Below are positions 1-13,890 of a stretch of 64,000 nucleotides of DNA, piece after piece; position 1 is the stretch's first letter; every line of letters starts with the position of its first letter. A program made the translations under genes and the position numbers. This DNA comes from Octopus bimaculoides. Taxonomy: Eukaryota. Where the stretch lies: assembly GCF_001194135.2 (NCBI RefSeq), contig NC_068981.1, positions 101,953,681 through 102,017,680 of the forward strand, in the 5' to 3' direction. The notes below the pieces were generated by a model that worked only from the letters and a program-made list of their open reading frames with translations, ran no database searches and was not told where the DNA came from.

Positions 1-443
1 CTACATACACACACACACACATCTATTTTGTTAATTCAAATGTAAGTAGATATTAGTCAATACATAGGTAAATATAGTAACAACAGAAGCAAAACAGGAT
101 ATTCAACAGATATGTGTCTGACTTTCACATTGCAACTTTTCAAAACAACATTTCACTTGAAAATTTCTTTGAAAAGTGACAATGCAAAAAAACACAGAGT
201 AAACAACTGTTGAAAACTCAGTTCTTCTACTGCTGTTATTACAGGCATGTGCATGCATGCACAGGCACAAGTACACGCATGCACACACAGAGAAATATAG
301 AAATACACATGTATGTGTATTTGATAAGTGCTAACACATGAAACTCTCAACCCTTGAGTCACTCTGTTGCTTCTGTTAAATATTAATAAAAAAAGTAAAT
401 ATACTCATGTTTTAAGCTCTTTATTTCCTGTTGGCATCACCAA

Positions 444-462
444 ACTTGTGTGTGTGTGTGCA

Positions 463-509
<47 letters not shown>

Positions 510-542
510 ATGTATGTATATATATATGTATGTATGTATGTA

Positions 543-578
<36 letters not shown>

Positions 579-590
579 TGTATGTATGCA
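444..590. repeat. compound microsatellite (TG)n-(TA)n-(TATG)n
   Basis: Directly visible simple repeats. They explain the YI/YVCM ORFs at 367-714 and 421-621. Confidence 0.95.
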
Positions 591-1285
591 TAAATATATA
601 GAACCTTATGCTGTCTTTCAAGCTCTGAATAGATTCACTGGGTCAATATTTGAAGCCTGCAGATTTATATTTCACATATACAAATTACAAAACATTGCAA
701 TTGAAACTAAATAGATTATGATAGAAATTCCACTTTGAGGAGAAGCAGCTGAATTTTTTGTTGTTTTTAAAATATATTTACTATTCTGCTTATTTACTTA
801 TTTATTTCGACACTGTTTAGATCTATCACTGGTGCCATTTATATTCATTATATATGCCGTCAGCATTTTATAATGAAATTCTTTAGAAATCGTTGGCTTT
901 TTTTTTTTGTTGGTTTTCTGTGTGTATTTTATGTTTGTGTGTGGAAGCAAGCAATGGGTAAGCTCGCTTTATCTAATTCCACATATGCATTTAAAATAGA
1001 AAGTTTATAATTGATAATCAAAGGATATTGTTGTTTAGCCCTAGGTAGGCCCTGATAGAAAAGATCTATGATCAAAGATGTTCCAGCCTTGGCCATTCCA
1101 CATTATAAAAGAAAGACAAAACAATTTTAGACATAATAAATCTAGAAACAGAATATTCAACAAGTCCTTTCTTTATACTTTTGGATTAGAGGGAGAAGTG
1201 GATGCTATTTATAAGCAAATTTGGAGATCATACACACACACCCTCACTGAATTATCTATATTGCTGTTTAGACTCTAGTCAGTCA

Positions 1286-1520
1286 CATCATCATCATCAT
1301 CATCATTTAACGTCCGCTTTCCATGCTAGCATGGGTTAGACGATTTGACTGAGGACTGGTGAAACCGGATGGCAACACCAGGCTCCAATCTGATTTGGCA
1401 GAGTTTCTACAGCTGGATGCCCTTCCTAACGCCAACCACTCTGAGAGTATAGTGGGTGCTTTTACGTGTCACCCGTACGAAGGCCAGTCAGGCGGTACTG
1501 GCAATGGCCACGCTGAGCAA
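1286..1520 (-). mobile_element. SINE or short RTE-LINE 3' tail (family B) ending in (ATG)n
   Basis: Its reverse complement matches the 3' UTR of the RTE fragment at 6898-7498 (GGCATCCAGCTGTAGAAAC...CATGCTAGCATGGAAAGCGGACGTTAAATGATGATG). Confidence 0.8.
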
Positions 1521-2366
1521 ATCTATTGCCAAAAACATTCCGGTCATGACCATCTCATGTTTTCAATTCATACACTGTATCTCAAACCACATTGTCCTGT
1601 AAAGTTATTTCTTTTGCAAGAGGGTAGGGTGGGAAAATGAGGTGAGATTTGGCTGCTCTTTCTAGTGATTTGAGCATCTGTATAGACACTACTTTTGTTA
1701 CTCTGGTAACACAGCAAGCAGTGCATTAGTTTCATAATCCAGTTTAAGCAATAGCTATTTTATCTCTTTTAAAAAATTTTTTTAATTCATTCCCCACCAC
1801 CTCAACTTTTATCTCTTTCTAAACGTTATCAGGAAATGGAAGAGAAATCAAATTAATGCTAAAAGTTTCTACAGAAATGATTTTTTTCCAAGTTGTAAAT
1901 TTGTTCAAAAAAGGAATCTGATTGCTTAACAATGTGAAGGAATTTTCAATAAAGATTTCATGATTTTACTTTACTCACACGTGTGTGTGTGTATGTGTGT
2001 GTCTGTGTGCACATGTGTAAATGGATCTTTGTTTGGTTTCAATGATAAGTGTTCCAATTGATTGATCAATGGAAATGGTCTGTTCATTGAATTAGCATGT
2101 AAATGGCTGAGTAGTCTACAGTCCTGGGTACCTTTAACCTTTCTTAGTGAGTATCAATGTCGAATAGAAATAAAATCCTTTATTTGAAAAACAGGTAAGG
2201 GTTGGTGAGAGCATCTGTCTATAAAATCCTACCCCAAATAGCTCCCTGTCTAACCAATGTTAGCATGGGATAATGGATGTTTGCATCATTTCAGTAAAAG
2301 TTTGCAGGAACAAGTTGCATGTACTTTCAGATAGAAATTACTGAGGGACTTTATGCAATGCACTAC

Positions 2367-2745
2367 ACTCTTTAACTCTTTTACTTGTTTCAGTCATTTG
2401 ACTGTGGCCATGCTGGAGAACCGTCTTTAGTCAAGCAAATCGACCCCAGGACTTATTCTATCGGTGTCTTTTGCCGAACCGCTAAGTTACAGGGACATAA
2501 ACACACCAGCATCGGTTGTCAAGTGATGTTGGGGGACAAACACAGACACACAAACATATACATACATATATATACATATATATGACGGGCTTCTTTCAGT
2601 TTCCGTCTACCAAATCCACTCACAAGGCTTTGGTTGGCCCAAGGCTATAGTAGAAGACACTTGCCCAAGGTGTCACGCAGTGGGAATGAACCCGGAACCA
2701 TGTGGTTGGTAAGCAAGCTACTTACCACACAGCCACTCCTGCACC
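2367..2745 (-). mobile_element. tRNA-derived SINE, family A, near full length
   Basis: Minus-strand head GGTGCAGGAGTGGCTGTGTGGTAAG...GGTTCATTCCCAC with A/B-box-like motifs, an internal microsatellite and a tail repeated at 25752, 31125, 41388 and 44967. Confidence 0.85.
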
Positions 2746-4193
2746 TATAGAGCAAAATTAAAATATTAATTCGATATNNNNNNNNNNNNNNNNNNNNNNN
2801 NNNNNNNNNNNNNNNNNNNNNNNNNNNNNNNNNNNNNNNNNNNNNNNNNNNNNNNNNNNNNNNNNNNNNNNNNNNNNNNNNNNNNNNNNNNNNNNNNNNN
2901 NNNNNNNNNNNNNNNNNNNNNNNNNNNNNNNNNNNNNNNNNNNNNNNNNNNNNNNNNNNNNNNNNNNNNNNNNNNNNNNNNNNNNNNNNNNNNNNNNNNN
3001 NNNNNNNNNNNNNNNNNNNNNNNNNNNNNNNNNNNNNNNNNNNNNNNNNNNNNNNNNNNNNNNNNNNNNNNNNNNNNNNNNNNNNNNNNNNNNNNNNNNN
3101 NNNNNNNNNNNNNNNNNNNNNNNNNNNNNNNNNNNNNNNNNNNNNNNNNNNNNNNNNNNNNNNNNNNNNNNNNNNNNNNNNNNNNNNNNNNNNNNNNNNN
3201 NNNNNNNGAGAGAGACACATTCTGTAAACCAACATTTCTCATGACCCCCACCTCTTGGTTGTGGTTGATAAATAATAAATCCAATCATAGAACCCTAGTC
3301 AAACCAAATTATTAGCAGTATTTTAGCAAATTTTAGTCTTTCTTAAAGTCATTTCAATTTACTTGTATAAATTATGCTCTTAGTGAAAGACAAACATTTT
3401 AGCATATAGTTATTCCTCCTGGAAAAATCATATACCTTCTCCCTACTGAGAAAACAAATAATCAGCATTAAATGCATGAATAAATACTGTCAAATAAGTT
3501 GTAAGAGAGCTTCTAACAAGATACTAGAACTTGTTTTCATTTCCAGCCCTTGCTACTTCACATAACTTCACTTAAGACACTAATCCTTTTCATAATGTAA
3601 TGAGCATTAAATAAAACAATCTCACAGATGTAGTACTGGAATTAGATGGCTTATGAAATCTAGATAATGGGCTACTGTCTCTGAGTTTATGTCATGTTTG
3701 TAGGCTGAGAATGCTTTTCATCCCTCTAGGTTTATTAAATAAATGACACTAATATCCAGCAGACAGTTCAAGGACAAAACCTTCTTTACTCCTGCAGATT
3801 AATAGCAGAATGACCCAAAGCAAAGGCCTCTATGCAGTTAGCCAAACCTGGTTGATATAGAAACCAAATCACATCCACTACCTTCTCAAAAAGAGATAAG
3901 GACATGATATCCAGAGTAATGTAGTTGAGAATACATTATTATTTCAACAAGGATTGGATGATCAAAGTCTTCAACACATTTTTCATAGGCCTGCTCAGTC
4001 AGAACTAATTAGGAAAGCCCATGAACAATAGCTTGAAGTATAATGCCGAAGAAGAAAGAAAATAAATGCTAATGAATTATATAAGCCACAGTAATTGAAA
4101 AGTATCACCTTTGTGTTTATATTTGTCATGTAGATAAATTACATGTTGCTTTTTATAAATACCGTTAACAACTCCACTTGCAGTTGGGTTTCA

Positions 4194-4400
4194 CCCTTTA
4201 GCATTTAAATTGGCCATATCAAACCCCAAATATTCTATCTGTTTTATGTTCAAACTGGTCGGGTCTACTTCTCATACCTTCCCTACCATGTCATTCTAAA
4301 AATAAACAGTCTCATCATTGAAATCTCGAAGCTATGAGATAATGCTTGATTAATTCAAAACAATGTGAATAAATAATTATTACATTTGACAAAATAATCC
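4194..4400. mobile_element. piggyBac-type MITE family 1, partial copy
   Basis: Starts CCCTTTAGCATT and is collinear with the copies at 18027 and 31222. The right TIR is missing. Confidence 0.65.
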
Positions 4401-5181
4401 AAATTAAATAAAAAAGCAAAATATTAAACTGAAACCATTCCAATCATTGCTAATACAGTCTAGCAATGTCCTGGAACCAACAATATCATAGCAATGTGTT
4501 GTTATGATCTATGCTCAGAATGAATCTATAACCTGGTGCTTTTAACGCTCTACTCCTGACTAAAAATATATGCAGCATCTAATGGGAATTGGAATTACAG
4601 ATGGCCCATAGAGAACTGTGTAATTATATTTCATGTACAGGGAAGGCATATGACTACAGGTATGTTTGTTTAACATCAGAATCAAATACTGTTCAAGCCT
4701 GATGTCATCAAAAATATATTTCTTTTCATGATGAGGAGATTCATGAAGACTCTATAGAGACATGACCAATCAATCTTGCATAATCAATTATGCATATGTG
4801 TGTGTGTGTATGAGTATGGGATATTGACAGCCACCACACAGAGTTCAGCGGGTAAGTTGCATGTAGTTTCTCACACTCAATTTTTTGAGTAAAAACCTTG
4901 AACTTGTCCGAGCTTATGAAGGCGAGATAAAGTACAAAATATATCTGATATTTATCCACAATATTACTGTTTACCATCAGGTCAACCCTAACTATGAAAA
5001 TCTATGATCAAAGGTATTGTAGCTTGGAACATGATTTGAAGGAAATTTGGTTGCTATAAGTAAAAGGTCAAGAAACTATGAAGAGGATCTCTCATTAGCA
5101 CCTGTCAGAATACTAATTCCAACAAAGATCAGATTTCACACTGAAATAGGTCATCTTTGGCTCAAATATGTCTTTACTTAC

Positions 5182-5238
5182 CACTCTCGCAAAGAAATTC
5201 ATATTCCTGAATGAAGATAGCGTAAATATATTGCTTAC
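5182..5238 (-). CDS. candidate 57-nt internal exon (phase 1-1), KQYIYAIFIQEYEFLCES
   Basis: Strong acceptor (long T tract)CTTTTATAG and donor GTG|GTAAGT with an open frame. No homology recognised. Confidence 0.3.
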
Positions 5239-6897
5239 CTATAAAAGAAAAAAAAAATGGTTGTATTAATTAATTACAACTGTGTGCATGATAAATTTGT
5301 AAGCAGTTATGCATAAAACAAACATCTCTACATCTCTTTAGTTTCAAAGTAATTTTACCGGCTCACAATTATCTGTTAAACAGAATGGTATTTATTTTCA
5401 TCAACTAAATAAACGCAACTCCCATGGAATAAAGGGGGTCTGTGAAGTAACATGATGAAACACCAGTTACTGAGTCAAAATCAATGGCCTAGTAGTTGAA
5501 TGCCTAAGACATTTTATCTGTTTTACTTTTCATTATTTTCATGGGTTAGACAGAATTTATTGAGTCAGATTTCTATGGATGGATGCACTTACTGTCACCA
5601 ACCAGTGCTTGTTTCCAAGCAAGGTAATATTTCTACATGAACAAACATGTCCTTGTGGAATAATGCTTGTATGATAGTAACAATCATGTACAACTATCAT
5701 GCAGTGTCAAGATAAGGAGACACAAAAATACACACACTCATATATAATGGCAGCTTTCATCTACCAAATCCACTCACAAGGCACTGGTCAGCCAAGGGCT
5801 AGAGTAGAAGCCCAAGGTATGTGTTTATGCATGCCTGTGTTCATACATACACACACACATTTTTGTGTGTTTGTGTGTATATACATGCCTACAAATAAAA
5901 AGTATATATATGTCTATATCTTTATATAGATACATTACTTTTCTTTCACACCAGTAGCCTGAGCTTTTGCTGTTTCGCAGTGCCCAATTCTATGTCATTA
6001 TTATTATTACTATTCTTTCACACCGGTAGTGGCAATGTTAAACCCATTCGTTCAATTATGTTACCCTAAATCCCGAAAATTCCGTCTCCTTTTGTTCTGT
6101 CTTCGACCAGCCTAACTCTGGTCTATCTCTCTCTCAGTTTCATTAAACACTTGCTTCTCCCAACACTTTACCTCCACTCCCCCCACCCTATATAAACTAG
6201 CTCATTCAGATTCCCCTACCTCATATTTCAATACCTTGCCACGTGGAGTAAAAATCAGAAGTTGTTCAGATGAGCAACTTTGTTTTCCAACCTAGCATAC
6301 ATCTAAAACCTCTTTTACAGTGCAAATTATAATTATTATTTCATTTCATTATCTATCAATGTAAACACAGTTTCGTCTTGCATGCCATATGTTTAGAGAA
6401 AAAAAAAATTTTTTTAATAATAAAAAAAACTTAAGAACTTAAGATCCCTATGCTCAATCCAACTCTCCCTCTTTCTCCCTTCTCCCTCTCTTTCACGCTC
6501 ATTTATTATTGTCATTCATTCATTTATTTAATTTTGTCACAGTTTGGCTGACCGAAAACTGTTGGTTATAGCTCCAGTTAAGAATGCAAATGCCCAATTC
6601 TATCTCATTATTATTATTACTATTCTTTCATACCGGCAACCTGAGTTTTTGCTGTTTCACGGTGTGCCCGCCCTTCCCATCCCCACCACCTGTACCGAAG
6701 TCTTTATCCTCTGACTGCTATTGGATGTCTTTCCCTTGAACACCTCCAAAGGCTTAATGCTCCCTATCCCTTACTTAGGGTTTATCTTCTATTTAATGTG
6801 ATTATGTAGTGCACAAAATGATGGTGTAGTGTATGTAGGTTGAAGGCCATTGTGTGTTTATGAGTTCTGCCAAATGTGTGCTTTCTTTTCAGTATAG

Positions 6898-7498
6898 GGA
6901 ACCTGTGGAAGAGGTAGACCCAGAAAGACCTGGGATGAGGTGGTGAAGCATGACCTTCGAACATTGGGTCTCATGGAGGCGATGACAAGTGACTGAGACC
7001 TTGGGAGACATGCTGTGCTTCAGAAGATACAGCAGCCAAGTGAGACCATAACTGTGGCCTATGCCAGTGCAGCATAACTGGCCCATTTAAGAGTGCCCTT
7101 CAATCATTGGGCAATAAACTATGCTTGCGAAGACCTGTTGAGTCAAGTGAAGTCATCAGTACCGCTTGACTGGCACCCGTGTCGGTGGCACATAAAAAGC
7201 ACCATTCGAGCATGGTTAATGCCAGTGCCACCTGACTGGCTCCTGTGCTGGTGATATGTAAAAAGCACCATTCAAGCGTGATCGATGCCAGTACTGTCAG
7301 ACTGGCCCTTTGCCGGTGGCACGTAAAAAGCACCAACTATACTCACAGAGTGGTTGGTATTAGGGAGGGCATCCAGCTGTAGAAACTTTACCAGATCAGA
7401 CTGGAGCCTGGCACATCCTTCTGGCTTGCCAGTCCTCAGTCAAACCGTCCAACCCATGCCAGCATGGAAATCAGATGTTAAACGATGACGATGATATA
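6898..7498 (+). mobile_element. 5'-truncated RTE-clade LINE (ORF C-terminus and 3' UTR)
   Basis: Translates GTCGRGRPRKTWDEVVKHDLRTLGLMEAMTSD*DLGRHAVLQK, a typical RTE C-terminus. It is followed by the 3' UTR and an (ATG)n-like tail. Confidence 0.85.
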
Positions 7499-7508
7499 TA
7501 TATATATG

Positions 7509-7556
<48 letters not shown>

Positions 7557-9753
7557 TACATTATCTCTCTTTGCTTTTGGAGTGTTCCACCGTCACCAAC
7601 AATAAGACCAGTTTCCAATATAGACACCATCAGAACAGAGTGAGTTTCTATATAGTCAGTGAAACTGCTAGAAATAGCAGTAAACTTTCCTTCAAACAAC
7701 AAGCACCCTACCATTAAGAATAGAAAGGCCACATAATATAATGTAGTTCTAGATATCCCTAAAATGTCAAGATGGGCAGAGTTGAAATGCCTTTTATTTT
7801 AGGTCTGCTGAAGTACAGTTGATCTTTGGTTAAATTAAACAACACCAACACTGTCATTGCTATCACTTTCTTCTTGGTACCATTTCATTTGATACTCAGG
7901 ATCTATGTCTGCTCTGAAGACAATGAGATTTGAGTTTGACAAAAGGAAAAGTTTTGCTTGATTTAAAAAAAAATAATGTAAAGAAAATAGTATTGATACA
8001 AATATCTAAAATAATGTTTATAATAATAATGAAAATAAGTATATTGTTACAAGAACAAGAGAGATAATAATCCTAATATTGATGATGATGGTGATGACAA
8101 AATGATGATGACAATGAGAATAAAGGAAGAAATTTACTTCAAATATGCAAATAGTGAGTCTGAATAATTAAATAGGCTTTGTTAATAATGCAAAAGATTT
8201 TGCTCCAGAGAGATTAAACAATTAATCTGAAATTCTAAGAAATCAAAATAAATATATGCACACATGTGCCCCCCCCCCCACACACACACAGATATTTACA
8301 TGTACATGCACAGATATGAACTTGCACATTCACACATACACACACAAACACATATTCAAACAAATGAATGCAAACATATATCCACATATATGTCTACATG
8401 AGCACTTGGAAGTTTGTTCTGCAAGGAATATGCGCAATGTAGCTTGTTAGTCATTCCCAGATGGAAACAAATGAAACAAGGACATTGTAAATGATAGTGA
8501 AGATTGTGAGGCAGCATTTGAACAACTGAGAAATTGTAAGACAATGCATATTATTGATTGTGTAGGAATGGAAACTGCAGGTAATCAATCAGTTCAATAC
8601 ACAAAAGCATATTTATATGTTTACTGCATATTTATGTTTTAAACACATTTATCTGCAGAATACAAACTTTACTATATAATAATATTTATATATATATAAT
8701 TAGAATTGTAATTATAAAACATTTTTATGTATGTAAAACTGTTTATATGTATAAAGTACAATTATGTATAAAACATATGTATGTATCCATCCATCCATCC
8801 ACACATATTTATGCATATCATATATTTCTATTCCTTCATTTTATCTCTGTATATCCACACTAGAATAGGCTGGGCAAACACTTATTATTGAGGAAGTATC
8901 ATATATGCAGATGTTAATGCTGTTAGTGACCCTTACTTCTTTTCCAAGTAGAGGAATATTTGGAAGTTCAGTGCATATTGTTTTAAAGGGAATGTAAACT
9001 GTAAACATAACATTGTCATTTTGAGCAGACAGTGTCATAGAAAAACATGGAATCTAAACATTCAAGCACACAGACACACACTTGTGCATACATGAACTAG
9101 TTGCAACTGATAAAATAAGATAAAAATTGAATCCAGTGGGATTTGAACTCATAGTGCAACAGCAAGAAGTAATGTGTTTAGAGTAACACTCACTCATTCC
9201 AGCCACTAGATTATCTTATCTATAATAAAAAGGCCACTGGAGATCATGATCATGATGATTGCCATAACTAGACAGCTGTTTATACAATGATGTCCAACCT
9301 TAACAATGATATTGGACATCTTATTTCTAATTGAAGTGCTGGAGATGTTGGTCACAAACTAATCTTTTCATTGGCTGCTTCTGCGACATAGTTCTGCTCA
9401 AGCAGAACTAATTGTCGCTGCTCAAAAAGAACACCAAAATATGAAGGAAAGTTGCCAATTAAAGAGCAGAGGTTAATAGGTCTGTTTAGACACAACCATT
9501 ATATGATTTGTAGCTTTGCATAGTTGAAAGAAACTAGATTTTAAGTTGCTTAAATTACAAGCTAAAAGGAATTAAACATCCAATGATATCAAGATGGTGA
9601 AAGATTTGTCATATAATCTGACTTGTAATTAAGAGGCTTGATGATAAAGAAATTAATAATCAGATATTAGAATATCAGTTATGAAAGTGCCACATGAACT
9701 TTCCAAAATTTATCATTTAGTCAGAAAGCGTGTGTACAAGCACACACACACAC

Positions 9754-9784
<31 letters not shown>

Positions 9785-12151
9785 ACTGAGTTCAAGGAAA
9801 GTGGTGACAGTCTGCATTAGTAAGAAGTGTATTATCTGGAAAAAGTAAGAGTGAAATTTTCGTGGAGAGTGAAATATCCAACACTTTTTCATGTTTAAGA
9901 TGACATTAGGAAAAAGAAACAAAAAAGAGGAAAAACAGTAGTTTTATGTCATCAATGTTTGAGCAACTGGTTGCAGCTAATGGGAAACACAAGACAATAT
10001 GAATGTGCATTCATAGACAGGAAATAGTAGGAGTGAGCAAATAGGTGAGAGTGAGAAAAGGAAAGAGAAATAAAATGTGGGAGAGAAGCTGGTAAGTGTG
10101 GGATGGAGGGAAAAATTAAGGTGAGAAGGCTAAAACTAGGATTACTGTATTAGAAGGGTATGAAGGAATAAAAAGGAAAAAAATATTCATTTAAACTAGT
10201 GGGCTGAAGATCATCAAGGCTCAAAGTGGAAGAAGGTTAATAAGGACCTATGAGACCAAAACTTAGAAGAGGGGTCCTTGCAACCAAAAGTGGAGGAAAA
10301 AAGGCTGAAATATAAAAATTTAATCAAAATGATCAGCGTGATATTAAGCTAATGTATGTGTGCATGAGTGCGTACATGTGCACCATCATCATCATCATTT
10401 TTATGGTTCACTTTTCCTTGTTGATATGAGCTGGACAAGTGTTATTGAGGTAATACTTTATGGCTAGATGTCTTTCCTGTCAACAACCCTTACTTGTTTT
10501 CCAGTAAGTTATTTTTATTCCACTAGTCTTCACATGTTGAAACCACATGTTTATAGGAGACCTAAACAAAATTTTGCTCACAAGGCATTGACTACAGTAG
10601 AAGCCAGTTACACAAGGTGTCATAATGTAGGATGGAACCCAAATCCATGTGGTTAGGAAATGCACTTTATAACCACATAGCCATCTCTGCACACATCTAC
10701 CCACACCTCACTAGACATGCATGCAGAAACACATATGTATACATACATATTTATCCATCAGTAAACTCATAAGAGATTTGATCTAGTGGCATCCAACGCA
10801 ACTCCAAATCACTCCAAACTAGGATGTTGGACTGTTATTTTGGTGTTATAGTGAGTCTGTCTTCTTTTTTTGAACTAGTTAACCTTTTATCTATATCTAT
10901 TTAACATTTTCTGTATAGTTTATAAACAACATTCCAGTTGAGATAAGGCATGAATGAGGAAGATGGTCATAGGCCATATTACATACACACTCATCTAATT
11001 CACACTAGGAAAGAAGAATAAGACATCAAAAGAAATGTTGATAGTAATGAGGAGGATTATGATGATGACAACAATAATGAGAAAAAAAATGTTGATGCTG
11101 ATAATGATTATAATGATATCGCTATTTAAATATATGGCACTATTTTATGATACAACTTTATTATAAACATTCTGCAGACTGTTTTACTACCCATGTTACT
11201 ACTGCTTGCCAAAGAAGCAATATAGTTAAAAGGAGACTAATAAAATTAAGCAAAAATTTCAGATCTCATTCCATTTATGTGTGTAGGAGGTAAAAACAGA
11301 ATTAAAGTTAATGTGTACAATATTAATAAATAGAGTTTTTCAATAATTATTTCCAAAAAGCAGCAAAGATATTTGCTAAAAATTTCTATAGATTTAATAG
11401 CATCTTATTTTTGATAAACCCTAATTAGTAAAGCGAAAATTTACATAAACTGATAATTTCTAAAGTAGGAAATATAAAGAAGGAGAAAAATGAATAATTC
11501 TAATGGAAAGTAAAACCTAAATTTGTGATTTTAAAAGATACCGATTTAAAGCATCTGAATAACAAAAATCTTTTGATAGAAATTCTAATTATTTTTGATG
11601 TGAGGGTGTAACTGAAAGACTGAAGTGCTGAAATACTTCCATTATATCTCAACCTAAAAACATCAAAAAAAAAAAAAAAAAAAAAAAGAAGAGAGAGAGA
11701 GAGAGAGGGTGGGGGAGAATGAACTAAAATCAATAGTATTTATGGAAACCAAAATTAGATAATAGGATGATTGGCTAATTTCTCACATCATTTTTTCCCC
11801 CCTTCTAATGAAGCTGAACCAGAAACTATTGGAACATTGTTAAACATATCAGAGTCGTAATTCATACTGAACACTTTTCCCTAAAGTTTCTCCCCTGCAT
11901 TGAATCTCTCTCCAGCTTCCTTCCCAATCATATTTTACTTCAAACCACAAATTTAAAAAAAATTTTAAAGAATGTTACCAGTGATATTAATCATTCAGTT
12001 ATCTCTAACATCATCATCATCATCTTCATCATTTTCATCACTTGCATATGAAGTCCAGTGTCCTTTCTTTTTTTATGTCCTTCACTGCAACAGGAACCCC
12101 CTCATACTTACACCGAACATCTACTGTCCATTTGTATTATATCAGTAGCGA

Positions 12152-12462
12152 AGGCACGTGACATAATGGTTAGGGTATTTGGCTCATGATCGTGTGGGTC
12201 ATCACTTCAATTCCTGGTGGTGCATTGTGGCCTTGAGCAAGACACTTTATTTCACATTGCTCAGTCCATTCAGCTGGCAAAAATGAGTTGTACCTGTACT
12301 CAAAGGGCTAGTCTTGTCACATTCTGTGTCATGCTGAGAACTACATTAAGGGTATGTGAGTCCGTGGAGTACTCAGTCACTTGCATGTTAGTTTCACAAG
12401 TAGGCTGTTCTGTTGATCAGATCAACTGGAACTCTTGTCATCATAACTGATAGAGTGGGTCT
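12152..12462 (+). mobile_element. tRNA-derived SINE, family D
   Basis: tRNA-like head followed by CCTTGAGCAAGACACTTTATTTCACATTGCT. Similar copies at about 20003-20295 and 46630-46860. Confidence 0.7.
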
Positions 12463-12769
12463 TTTTTTTTTAATACCAGCCCAGTTAATCTCTCTTATTA
12501 TTATTTTAGTGTTCTGCTGCTCACCTTGTTCATCCATTCAATTGTTTTAAATGCAAGTTAACATTACTCAGCCAACAGGTCACATTGGATTCATTTCCTG
12601 CAGGCTTTAAACATCCATTGCCTATGTTGTTGTTACCATTATGCAGCACCAGCCAATCAGACATATGGTCAAAAATGTTCTAACCATGACCATCCTGTCA
12701 TTTGGTATATTCCAATGTGATTTAGGCATAGAGCTGGGAGAATTATTATATCATAGGGCAAAATGCCTA

Positions 12770-12992
12770 GCAGTATTTCTTCCAAATTATTACATTCAGA
12801 GTCCAAATTCTGCTGAAATTGAATTTGCTTTTCATCCTTTCAGTGGCAATAAAATAAGTACCAGTTCAACATATGCAACTGGCTAATCCCTTGCCCCTTT
12901 TGGGATAAAAAAAATAAGTAGCAGTTGAACACATGTAACTGGCTAACCCCTTGCCTTTAAAAATTGCTGGCCTTGTGCCAAAATTTGAAACC
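12770..12992 (+). mobile_element. SINE family C with an internal ~60-bp tandem duplication
   Basis: TTTGCTTTTCATCCTTT core and GCTGGCCTTGTGCCAAAATTTGAAACC tail. The block AATAAGTA.CAGTT...TGGCTAA.CCCTTGCC occurs twice. Confidence 0.7.
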
Positions 12993-13224
12993 GAGGCTGG
13001 TGAGTTGGGAGGATAGTTAGAGCATCGGACCAATGCTTAGTGCATAACTTTCCCTCAAATCACATTCTACCATCTTAAGGGCACATTGGATAAGGAAGAT
13101 TGGTAAAAGAAAAAAAAAAAAGGACAGAATGGTCATAGCTAGAACACCTTTGGCCATAAAGACTGACTTGGAGCTCAACAACAACGACAAGGATAATAAT
13201 GAGACAATAGGGAAATCTGTAAGT

Positions 13225-13890
13225 CAATGGTTCTCAACTGGGGTTCATGTAGACCCTGAGGGTCCATATAAGGTTTTTGGGGGTTCATACAACAAAATAG
13301 TGAATTGGGATCCACAATAGTATTTTACGAGCCCCTGAAAAAAAAAATTTGCCACAGAAGCAATGTGGCCAATGCCAGTGGTATGTAAAAAGCAGCTTTC
13401 AAGTGTTGGGCCTCATGGAGGTAATGACAAATTACCGAGACATTTGGCAATATGTCGTGCTGGAAAAGAAGACCCATCAAGCCAAATGAAATCATAGTCG
13501 TGGCAGATACTGGTGTCACGCAATTGGTATCTATACCAGTGGCATGTAAAAGTACCCATTACACTCTCAGAGTGGTTGGGATCAGAAAGGGCAACCAGCC
13601 ATATAAACCATGCCAAATCAGACTAGAGTCTGGTGCAGCCCCTCAGCTTACTAGCCTTGGTCAAACTGTCCAATCCATGCCAGCATGGACAATGATGATG
13701 ATGATGGTGATGATGTATGTATTGCAAGAAACAGTGAGGTTTATTCCTCTAATATTGTCCATATTCACACATTAACTTCGAAAGAAATATCTATAAAACT
13801 AATTTTTAAACATCAAATGACTAGCGGGGTCCATCAGAATAAAATGATAATCAAAGAGGTCCATAGATGAATAATGGTTGAGAACCCTTG
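13225..13890. mobile_element. hAT-type MITE interrupted by an RTE 3' fragment (about 13345-13710)
   Basis: TIRs CAATGGTTCTCAAC / GTTGAGAACCCTTG (13/14 match) and 8-bp TSD CTGTAAGT / CTCTAAGT (7/8 match). Confidence 0.85.

Noticed and set aside
367-714. Many 60-140 aa ORFs rich in YI, HT, CV and RE dipeptides
   Set aside because: Translations of microsatellites and SINE antisense strands, not genes.
2690-2745. tRNA-like heads of SINE families A, C and D as tRNA genes
   Set aside because: They lack acceptor stems and continue into SINE bodies.
2645-3288. Long ORFs spanning N-runs (also 29246-29932, 30746-31112, 39327-39689, 52562-53886)
   Set aside because: They are open only because N gaps and microsatellites contain no stop codons.
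8481-8580. Plus-strand exon DIVNDSEDCEAAFEQLRNCKTMHIIDCVGMETA with a good donor
   Set aside because: The only usable acceptor is purine-rich (AAATGAAACAAG), and all frames from the better upstream acceptor contain stops.
12526-12597. Minus-strand exon with strong donor AAG|GTGAGC
   Set aside because: All three frames contain a stop.
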